DNA of 64,000 nt from Eukaryota sp. TZLM1-RC (Eukaryota; Protista; Metamonada: BaSk clade), in the NCBI GenBank assembly GCA_040285825.1, contig JAUPSS010000004.1:3727658-3791657 (forward strand), given 5' to 3'. The notes under the pieces were generated by a model, which was not told the origin of the DNA, ran no database searches, and saw nothing but the letters and a program-made list of their open reading frames with translations. Positions within the stretch are counted from its first letter, which is position 1; each line of letters begins with the position of its first letter. A program made the translations under genes and the position numbers. Of this stretch, positions 46,483 through 56,915 are shown one piece after another.

Positions 46483-48090
46483 TTGTTGTCCAAATTGGCC
46501 AGTCTACAGCATGCAAAATACAATTTGTATCCATTTGTATTTTCCCTTTTTGGTTCACTTGCACCAACTACTTTACGTTTTTTGGATGATTTTGAAATGA
46601 TTGTAAAGAGAAGAACTGGCAGAAATTTCAACAGATTGTTTTGGCAAAATAGAATTGTGTTTTCTATTTTTAAGGGGATGTTGAAGATGGTTTCTGATGC
46701 TTTGCTTTCTCTTGGATCTCACTATGAGAGAGTTGCATCTAGTGTTTTTGTTTTGGGAGAGATGGATTTTTTAGATGTTGATTTATAGGTTTTGAATAAA
46801 ATTAAATTTAAATAAAAAAATTACAATTACTCATTTGTTAAATTGTAAACATTTTATTACTTTTAGAAGCAAGGTTCACGATACTGTAAGAAACCAATTA
46901 TATTGTATGTGTAAGTCTCATAGAATTGAATCCTTTATGGAACCTTTGTTGTCAAATCTGTTTGATACTGAAGATGATTTTCATAAGAATAATAGATGTG
47001 ATGAAATATTACCTGGATTAGATGGAACCTTCATTTTATTGGATGTAATGTCTGTTGATCCTTGTAATGCCTCAAATGAAAGGCTTGTTAATTCTGAAAT
47101 TCATAATCCCCTTTCAAATGCTGAAAATTTTAAATTCAAAAAATACAATGAACCTTTGTCCAAATTGGCCAGTCTACAGCATCCAAAATACAATTTGTAT
47201 CCATTTGTATTTTCCCTTTTTGGTTCACTTGCACCAACTGCTTTAAGTTTTTTGGATGATTTTGAAATGATTGTAAAGAGAAGAACTGGCAGAAATTTCA
47301 ACAGATTGTTTTGGCAAAATAGAATTGTGTTTTCTATTTTTAAGGGGATGTTGAAGATGGTTTCTGATGCTTTGCTTTCTCTTGGATCTCACTATGAGAG
47401 AGTTGCATCTAGTGTTTTTGTTTTGGGAGAGATGGATTTTTTAGATGTTGATTTATAGGTTTTGAATAAAATTAAATTTAAATAAAAAAAATTACAATTA
47501 CTCATTCGTTAAATTGTAAACATTTTATTACTTTTAGAAGCACGGTTCACGATGCTGTAAGAGACCAATTATATTGCATATGTAAGTCTCAAAAATTTTA
47601 ATCCTTTTTTGGAACCTCTGTTGTCAAATCTGTTTGATGCAGAAGATGATTTTCATATGAATAATAGATGTGATGTCATATTACCTGGAATAGTTGGATG
47701 TAATGTCTGTTGATCCTTGTAATACTTCAAATGAAAGGCTTGCTAATTCTGAAATTCATAACCAAAATCAAAAGAATACAATAAACCTTTGTCCAAATTG
47801 TCCAGCCAACAGCGTGCAAAATATAATTTGTATCTATTTGTTTTTTATCCATTTGGTTTACTTGCTCCCACGGTTATACGTTTTTTTGGCAGATTTTGAA
47901 ATGATTGTAAAGAGAAAAACTACAGAAATTTCAACAGATTGTTCTGGCAAAATAGAATCGTGTTTTCTATTTTTGAGGGGATGTTGAAGATGATTTTTGA
48001 TGCTTTGCTTTCTCTTGGATTTCACTATGAGAGGGTTGCATCTAGTTGTTTTGTTTTGGGAGAGATGGATTATTTAGATGTTGATTTATA
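46483..48090 (+). repeat. Three tandem ~670-bp family A 3' ends (RLE domain)
   Basis: Units end at 46788, 47458 and ~48090; junction AAATAAAAAAA|TTACAATTACTCA is the same as at 34901-34925 (inverted). Confidence 0.9.
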
Positions 48091-48364
48091 ACTTTTTTAT
48101 AAATCAATATATTAAAAAAAATACCCGTTGAAATTACTGGAATATGAAGATAATATAAATGAAGTTGATCTTTTCACAACATGAGGTATTTCATTTCCTT
48201 TATCATACTGATTCACAACATAAATCATATTAAGAACACCCTTGACAATACGATTTCATAGACATCCGTACTTCTTGTAATAGAATTATCCAAGTCTAAG
48301 GACCGTTGTAGTTTTTGTTGTTCTTCAATATTATAAATATTTGCTTTTGTAAAATAAAAATCAT

Positions 48365-48835
48365 TTATTAAACTTCCACATTTAACAAAATAAACTCATA
48401 ACTAATGGGACGAAATTCATGGAACCAAGATTTCCTCCACAAAATCTTGATCTGCTTGTTGTCGAGCTAAAGCTTCTCTAATTCTATTGAAAAACCGAGG
48501 CAACCTATTAATAATGGCAAATTGATTTCGAGAGCGCCATAAAACAATATCAAATCTTTCCATTGTTTTTTGTTCAACCATTTTTTGGAAATCATTCAAA
48601 TGAGTTTTTGCTTCTACTGATAGTCTTCCGTTTATCGAAAATGGGAAAGGAATAAAAAAAGTGGTCTATTTCTATCAGCATCAGCCTCTTCGATCTCTTT
48701 GTCATATTTTCTATGTTTTTCTTTAGCTTTAAACTGAAAAACACTTACAGGATTAAGTTTTCTTCTTTGAACCAAAGTGTCATTTGCTACATTACAGGAG
48801 ACAAAATCAACAACAGCTTTAGAGTTCTCAATCCA
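48365..48835 (-). mobile_element. Family B 3' fragment
   Basis: FQKMVEQKTMERFDIVLWRSR...FVEEILV plus the 3' UTR. Confidence 0.85.
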
Positions 48836-48839
48836 AATT

Positions 48840-51427
48840 TCTTATCCTCTTGTTGGTTAAACTTTCTATGGCTAGGTCTTCTCTTGATTTCATTGCTTCC
48901 TCCAATTTTTCCTCTACTTTTGCTTTTTTTGCCTTTTTTCCGTTTTTTGAATGTGTATGCAACTTCCAATTCTACGTTCTGGCATGAATTCCTTGTCTAA
49001 TTGTTATCAATTTGTTGTAAAAATTAGATCATCATATTTCAGTAAAGTTTCTACATTTTCTCCAATTTCTCCCTTTTAGCACAATTATGGCATCTTTTTG
49101 AAGCAAATGCCTCATTAACTCAGTAAACAAGGTAAACAGCTTGTATCTTTTTTTTTCTTTTACTTGTAACTTGAGATGGGTACTTTCCTTTCCTTTTAAA
49201 ACCTGATTCTTTAGTCCAATCACTTATCACTATAATGTACTCATGAACACGTGTTCAGGTTTGCCAAATTTCTAATTTAATTTTACGGATCACCATGTCA
49301 CCTTTTTGTTGGCCTTGTACTGAGAAAACCTTCCTTTTCGATATTGTATATGGTGAAATAATTTCCCAATTTTCATTTTTAAATTTCTTTTGCATTAATA
49401 TACTCACAAAATTCCTCTAAATTATGGTTGATTTTGATTGTTTCCTCATTTGAAACTCAGAAATTTTTTTATCAATTTCCCAATAACTTTCTCCATTACC
49501 GTTCAAGAAGTATTCATCTTGACGTTTCTTTGCATTCTTCCAATATTCTAAAAAACCTAGGGAAAATTTTGACCTCTTGAGTAAAAGAGTCAAAAAGGAG
49601 TCTTTTAGACTTCAATGATGCTAATTTTTTCATTAAGATGTCACTTGAATCAACATCTCTAGTTTTTTGTTCTTTTGATATATTTTTTTTACCGAACACG
49701 CCTCTTCTTTTGAATTGAATTGAGATCAAATGTCCATTGGTTACAATCATATTGTCAAACACAAGGAGATTCATCAGGATAGTTGAGTTTTTCTTCTTCA
49801 GCATTATTTCGAAAAATATATCATATATCATATGAAGAAACGATTTATGTATTCTGTTTCAATGGAAATCTTGAAAACAATAGTGTTGGCAAAAAAGATG
49901 ATGTATGTACTGAAAAGAATACTGTCCAGGGAAACTTTATTACGAAAAGGTCTTCATCAAGAAGAAAGTACAACGGTGAAGACATCAAGCCAATCCATGA
50001 ACAATTGAGATCAAAAGAGTGATTGAGTCAAACGAAACACTTACAATAACCGATAGGTACAAGATTTACGGAATAGAAATCCAAAATGCGCTAGGCAAGG
50101 CTGCTGCACTGATGGCAATTGTGATGCCTACCCTTCTGCCCCCAAGAATCATGGCACTAAGAGTGAAATGTGTTTTATATATGATTGGGAAAAATTCTTT
50201 TATGGTGGGAAAAATTGTCGCTTTAATAACCGCTCTTTGTTGTTATTTAAGTGAGTTCTGGGAGAATTAATTAATTTTGTTCGGAGAACAAATCACAAAT
50301 TTCCATCTGGAAATTTGGAAGGCTGAATCCCCCAGCAATTGAATAATTTTACTAGCTTTTAACAATTGGCCTGCTAATTTTTCGGTTGTATTATTCTTAT
50401 TGGGCATACATTTCATTTGAGCAGCGAACATTTCCAAACAAAATTTGGTATCCAAACGAATAGTTGTTGGTATAAACGAACGAGCTGTCGACAATACTTC
50501 ATAGATCCATAATGGAGATTTATGTGATTCACCACTACAGTTGAAAGAAGTATTTCTCACCAAGTAACTCAGAAAAATGGAATAACTTAAAAAGGTCATT
50601 GCTGATTGATGCAGTTTCTCAAAAACACTTTTTGTTCCCAGAAATTTAGGTAACATTTCGGTACAATAAAGTCATCACTTTTTAACATTTTATTCTGAAA
50701 AGAACTGTAAAAAATAGCTGTTCGAGTGATGGTAATCTTTGCAAGTAGTAATTGTTTTTCTTCAGATTTTGATTTCAATTTGGCAAGTCTTGATTTTTTG
50801 TGAATAATTAAGTTGAAAGTGCAGAGTAAGTGATCGAGAAAATGTGTTTTCAAATTAACTGTGAAAGTCGTAATAACTTCTGATGCCAAGTATTTGCATG
50901 CTTGACACATGTATTGGTAATTCAGAATTACAAAGTCTGTAGTTTCAGAAATATCGGGATCTTAATAGGCATTTTTTGTGCTTTGAGAAACTTGAGGTTT
51001 GAATTGTGAATCTGAGAAATCTCCCATTCTTTGATTAATGACAAACAACGCTGAAAATATAGGAAATTGTAGACTTATTTTAGATTTTCAAATTTGGCAA
51101 AAATCTGAGCCTTTCCAAATTATTTTGCAAATCATATTGGAATGCATCAATTGGAAATGCTGATAATAAATCTCTAGCCTGACAATTAATCAACGAAAAG
51201 TAACGAACAGCACGTTCAATAATCACCTTTTTACCTGGAAACCTTAATGCTTTTGTTAAATTGAATTTTACAACTTTGATGGTGGGCATGTTGAGCAGTT
51301 CCTGAGTTGTATCCAAGTTCAAATAACTGAAACCTTTTGTCAGTAGGTTACAATCATTTGCACAATATTGAGTGAGCCTTTGGAATTTGATTGAATCAGT
51401 CATTGCTTCTCCAACAAAATTGAACAT
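48840..51427 (-). pseudogene. Decayed Fanzor1-like gene (N-terminal and middle part)
   Basis: TIKVVKFNLTKAL...IERAVRY, YLASEVITTFTVNLKTHF and FDNMIVTNGHLISIQFKR resemble Fanzor1 N-terminal and TDG motifs. RuvC motifs are not recognisable. Confidence 0.5.
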
Positions 51428-52099
51428 TAAAAATTAATTCAACTTCTCAAAATGAAAAACATTTTTTTGATTAACGTTTTCTTTGGATTATGTAAAATTT
51501 CTGTTTTATATTTTTTATAAAAATTTTCAACTAGCTTATGTTTAGCATCTGTAATTTCTAAAACTTTAACTTTGATTTAAACCTTTTCGCAAAAATTATT
51601 GAGATTGTTCCCTTCTTTGATTTTCAAAAAATTGTCTGGAATTAGCGTAAACAAAACGAGAGTATGTAGACCAATCAATTTCTTTTCATAGTAGGTAAGA
51701 TAATGTCCTTCCCATTTGTTTGATTCGAAATTCTCAACTGACCTGAACTTCATCTCCTTCTTCATCACGTCTTGCACAATTTCAGCTATGAGCCTTCCTT
51801 AGTGACTTGAATATAAGAATTGGAAAGCATCTCATAAATTGATTCCATTTCCATTTCCATTTCCACATTTTCATCAGTTGACACCAGACAGCCTATTTAC
51901 GTTTATTATGATCCAGAGTGAAGTTAACCATTACTGACCTTGACAGTGCTGTAGTAATTGGTCGAAGTGGTTTGTTACTTATTAATTCATTGAAGTATTT
52001 CTTATGTAGGTGTAAACAGATCATTTTACTGACAATTAATTATATAAAAAACTGATTCGACTACCTATTTTTTATTTAAGTGTTTCAAGTATTTTAATT

Positions 52100-52373
52100 T
52101 GATCGTTTTTTAAGCATACCTTCAGCTCAGATAAGTTTTCTAATAAAAGTGATGACATTTTGACACGTTTGGATGTTTGAATGGAACCAGCGACTGAAAA
52201 AAGGATTCACAAGGAACTGTTGTTGCTGGGCCTGCTAAAAAACTCAAAGCCAGAGGAAATAGTTTTGTAAAAGCACATTTGTTGTCTTTCCACCATTCAA
52301 TAGGATCAGTACTCAATTGATCTGTTCTTTCAGGTAAATATTTGTCAAGTTCATCAACATGTACTACATGCAC
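52100..52373 (-). mobile_element. hAT transposase C-terminal dimerisation-domain fragment
   Basis: ELDKYL...DPIEWWK...FTKLFPLALSFLAGPATTVPCESFF is the hAT dimerisation signature. Confidence 0.8.
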
Positions 52374-52528
52374 GTTTCCAAACAGGGGATCTTTTTTCTT
52401 TAAAGGAAGTTAGTGTTGCCGAAGACGTTTGAAGGCATTCTTCATTATCTGATACATCAGCAGTAACGTGAATAGTTTTGTTATCAGTCATTTATGCAGG
52501 TTGAGTTACAATTGAGTATGGGCAACTT

Positions 52529-52650
52529 GTTTCCATTTCCATTTCCATTTGTACTTTTGAAAAAAAGCTGTCCATTTCCATATCCATTTCCATATTTTCG
52601 TTCCATTTCCATTTTCATGTCCACTTTTGAAAAAAATCTGTCCACTTTTA
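52529..52650. repeat. (TTTCCA)n subterminal-type repeats, also at 51843-51870
   Basis: Multiple TTTCCA hexamers, with ACTTTTGAAAAAAA repeated, on both sides of the hAT fragment. Confidence 0.7.
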
Positions 52651-53950
52651 TTTCAAAATAGAAATGAAAAATGTGAAAATTCCGTCCACATTACCAACTC
52701 TATTGACAAGACACTATTTCAATATCGAAAAATACAATATTAGAGACATTCTTAATAGTGCATAATTGGCTTCTTTTGTATTCATGAGTGAGTCTAGAGC
52801 CAGAGAGAGAGAATGACGTTTGAGAAAAGTTGCAGAAGATGTAGAAAACAGCGAAGCAACACGTTTTCTGTCTTTCTCTGACATATGAACAGGTACAGAG
52901 TATGCAATCGTAGGTTGGTCAATACCAAAGACTAGATCTTCATGATCTAGGTTCTCATGATCTAAGTTTTCCTAAAATTGTTTCCTTTGTTTTGTCTTTT
53001 TGTCTTTTTTTATTCTGTTAATAAAACCTCCATTTCTTCCTTTGTTTTTCTTCATGACGCCATTCGTCCCATTCTAATTTTGAACCTGTTGGGGTTGAGT
53101 TTGGTTTCAATTAACCTGTTTGGATTTGGGCAATTTAATTTTCGTTTCCTAACCATTCCTTAATGTCAGGGTCAATTACTGTAAAGGTATTATTAATCAC
53201 CTCAATGATGACCTTGTGAAATTTCAGTCAAATACCTAACCTTTTCAGTTTTTTCTGGCTTTTTAAGGCGACCCTTCCAGCTGTTTTCTATTCTTATAAG
53301 GTATAAAGAGAAACTTACACCATCAGTACTTGTGAAAAATTAAAACAGAATCTTTCTGTTGGAAATCTCTTTTACCTGTTTGAAAAATCCATTTCCATTA
53401 CTGATGTTGAAACTTTTCAACCATTGATCCAAGAAAATCTTCAAAATTTCTCAAGTAATTAGTTCCATCAAAAAACACTTATTTAAGCAAACATTTTTTC
53501 AACTATATATTTATTGTTGCATCAGGTAACCAAATTCTGTAAATTGCGTTTGTGTCTCATTAAGCATGTTTAGGTATTTCAGAGGTCTGAATTGGGAATA
53601 AATTGTTCTTAATTGGATGTGACTTTGGCATTTTCAAATAACAGTTTGCCATTTAAAAGCAAGAACAAGAGCCTAAACATTTCAAAGGGCCATACATTAA
53701 AATATAATAATTCTTTGGATCAAACGCAAATTTACATTTACAATGGGTAAAAAAAAGTTTAAATTATGGAAAACATAGGGTTTTTGCCAACAATAGCTGT
53801 TTCAAATCATCAACGATCTCGGATTGATCTGGCTAAAAATGAATGATCAAAAAATTCAAAAAATTCTGTTCTCAATCAATTACAGGAACGACAAAAATAT
53901 TATTTATTTGAACGGTTTACTACTATTTGTCATTTGTGTGCTATCAGCTG

Positions 53951-54896
53951 ATGTCCAACGTTTCGACACAACTCAACTCTGAAATCCACTATCACAGTAA
54001 TCTTGCTGATATACCCACTTTTCCTACTTTTGTTCGTTATCCATTTGGGTTAGATTCTCTTATAAAATCCCACCCTGCGGATATACGTGCTACTGCGTCC
54101 CCTGGAACGAATGTAGAGCCATGTGATGGACACCTTGTACCACTTACCCAATTCTTTTTTGACCCTACACTCAGAGAGCAGACGGACCCTATACCTCGTT
54201 CAGACATTGATGAACTACTACTTGATCCTTCAACCGTTTGTCCCTTCTCTACCAAGTTTTTAACCCCAGGATGCTTTTTCCAAGGCCTCAGATGAGCAAA
54301 ACTTACAAACTTCAACCCATTTCCTTAGACACACAGACCATGTCCGTAACACTCAACTCTCTGTAAAGAAAGAAGCTCTCAGTAGAGGGTATAGGTCAAT
54401 TAAATCCGAACCTCAAAATGAAGATACTGAACATGATTTAAAGACCCAACAATTTATTGACGCTCAAGAACTATTATCCACACCATTAGAGAACATTCAC
54501 CATCCCAAAGACTCTTCTCTCAGAGCTCTCACGGTGTCCCCCCTCATCCCAAGTGAATGGGTTCCTCAACTATCTTCTCTTGGTCGCCCTGTTCACGTAG
54601 CTTCGGAGGATGTGTTTGATTCTAATAATAGTTTAATACGAGAAATAGATCTAAAGCAGAGTAAAGATGGTGTAAAACGAAGGAGAGCGGTTGGTATTTT
54701 TCACAAAACGAATGAGCATTTCGATTGCACAAAAAGTTTGGCAATGGATATTCATTCAAAAGATCAGTTGTTGCTCTCTTTATTGCCTTCAGGGGAACCA
54801 GTGCTTACTAAATTGGGCTCTAATCAGGTTCATTTGACAAGGAAACAGGGTATACCTAAACCTAGTGAAGTCGGGAATATTAGAGTTGAACATTAG
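53951..54896 (+). CDS. PAF1: Divergent Paf1 (RNA Pol II-associated factor 1) homologue, 303 aa; intron 54236-54269
   Basis: IHYHSNLADIP.FP.FV.YPF, VEP..G..V.L, D.DELLL, then after a 34-nt phase-0 intron (GTTTGT...TTTAACCCCAG) FLRHTDHV and HHPKDSSLRALTVSPLIP. These follow the order of conserved Paf1 blocks, and exon 2 is open to the TAG at 54896. Confidence 0.75.
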
Positions 54897-55334
54897 GTGG
54901 TTGTATGTTTTTGTTTTAATTTATCTAGTTCATTTATGGATTTTTTAGTTTGCCGTTTCGTTGATTTGCTTTGGTAATTGTGAGTGGCTTTTAAAACATC
55001 ACTCTTGTATAAAGTTATTTTTTTCATATTTGTTTTCTTTTTTTAGTGTTGAATTCCTTCAATACAACTGTGAATTTGACATCTAGTGTTCTGAGATAAT
55101 CATTAATTAATATTCAGTGAGTTCATGTTGTGAACAACATCATTAGGCGACAACATAGTGTATAGGGAAGAGCCAAACACGCTGCAAGTGACTTTCACAA
55201 GTTTCAAACTCCAACAGATTGTAACATGTGAACTTGGGACTTTTCGCTAATATTGTAAAATATATTCCAGAAACAAGCACATTTTAAAACTAAACAACAA
55301 ACCTTAACCTAAGTTTTAACCTACTCAAATCCCA

Positions 55335-55790
55335 TCAATTGAATGACGGAAGATTTTCGCTATTCAGTTGAATAGCAACTCGCTTGTTATAAACCTCTGT
55401 AATGTTATTCAAAATGGAGTTAATATAACGAGGAAGAGCTTTCAAAAACGAAAATATGATTCTATTTTTCCAAATTAAAAAATCGGATGCAGGAGAACTT
55501 TCTCTGAGAAGATTTCCTAAGCCATCTAAAGAATCGAGACCTTCAATTTCAAGAGTGTTAAAAATAAAAAATAGCAATTGGAACAAATTTTATGTTTCTG
55601 CCGGTAATTTAAACGAAATTAAGACGTTGTAGAAGGGTTTTGTATTTTGATTTCTTGGAAAACTTCTGCAACTTTGAGGAAATGTCCAATGTCAGAATTG
55701 GAACTTCTTTTTCATGGACACACGGTTGTACAATCGATAATTAGTTCAGTTCCATCATACCAAGCACATTGATTATCACCCCGTTTTTGG
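55335..55790 (-). mobile_element. Decayed RLE non-LTR 3' fragment (another family); related remnant at 56140-56295
   Basis: KRGD...GMDGTELIID and WKNRIIFSFLKALPRY resemble RLE C-termini. Confidence 0.55.
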
Positions 55791-55859
55791 CTCAAACTGA
55801 AATTTAATGGGAAATTTATCCAAATTTGAAACTAATATAACATTAATTGATGACATTAA

Positions 55860-56120
55860 ATTTTAAAACAATCGTCTTCAAGAAAAGAGGGAAGAAGCAA
55901 AGCGTCGCCAAATATTAAATACTCCAATGTTAGTAGATAATACTAATTCGTGTTTCATAGTGTTTAATATTGGCGACAATGTCTTACGTAAAACCAAGTA
56001 AAATAATAAATTGCATCAACCTTGAAATAAACCATTCTTAGTGATTGACTGCTCTAAATCCACTTAATCATTAAAGAATCTTACCAATGGCATTGAAATA
56101 GAAGCTGCTAAAAAATTGTA
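55860..56120 (+). mobile_element. Gypsy-type integrase C-terminal remnant
   Basis: VFNIGDNVLRKTK*NNKLHQP*NKPFLVID resembles the F.VGD.V...KL.P.W.GPF (GPY/F) motif. Confidence 0.5.
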
Positions 56121-56580
56121 AAAACTGTTTTTTTAAATCAACAAATTGAATGTACGACCACTTTCTCTGAAAATACTTCCTAAATCATCTAAAAAATTGA
56201 GACGTTCAATTCCATGGGTATCAAAGTTGCAATAGCAATTGCGACAAATTTGATGTTTCTACCCCTAGCACCATTCAGACGTTGTAGAAGGGCTTGGAAA
56301 ATGAGAATGACATATTACAAAGTAATCTAGTCAAAGAATCTACAATTCATTAACAATTTACACAAATTAGGGTAATTAATGTTCAAACCTTCTTACTCAC
56401 TGTACTAATTTCAGTTAACCGTTCAATAGAACTGTTTGATATATATCTTCTAGCACTGACCTAAATGGCAGGTATTTGCAGGTTTTACAGCTTGTTGCTT
56501 ACAAATATAGTGTACACTCCTGTATTGTTCTTGACGTTTAAAGGTGGCGACCTTCAATGAAGCTCTCTTTTGGATAATAT

Positions 56581-56915
56581 AATGGGGCGCTGATGTTTGT
56601 CTTGGGATATGTATTGGGTTCCTAGGAATAAAAAGGAACTAACTGTGAATTTCACTTATCATGCATTCCCCTGTGAAATTCACTCCTGTTTTCAACTTTC
56701 TCAATGTCTACTCACAGGCTGTAAGAGACATGTAGCATCATTTGACAAAGACAATCATGATCTTCATCAATGGGCTGCCTCGCTTGAATACACCTACTGC
56801 TTTCACAGAACAAAGCCTCGCGACTTGATGTATCTAAGTGGATCTACCAAATGCTACTAGGGCATTTGTAGATCGGTCTCAAAAGTTTTTGTTTCTGTAT
56901 GCTCAGGTTCCCCAT
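56581..56915 (-). ncRNA. Candidate Fanzor omegaRNA / structured right-end RNA
   Basis: Directly downstream of the Fanzor stop. Hairpins at 56841-56874, 56704-56731, 56645-56683 (perfect 11-bp stem) and 56618-56639; possible closing stem 56910-56916 with 56581-56587. Confidence 0.55.

Noticed and set aside
51843-52650. (TTTCCA)n as telomeric repeat
   Set aside because: Short, degenerate, internal and associated with a hAT remnant.
52750-53170. Basic-rich broken minus-strand frame (MVRKRKLNCPNPNR...) as a transposase or Fanzor N-terminus
   Set aside because: Multiple stops and no diagnostic motif.
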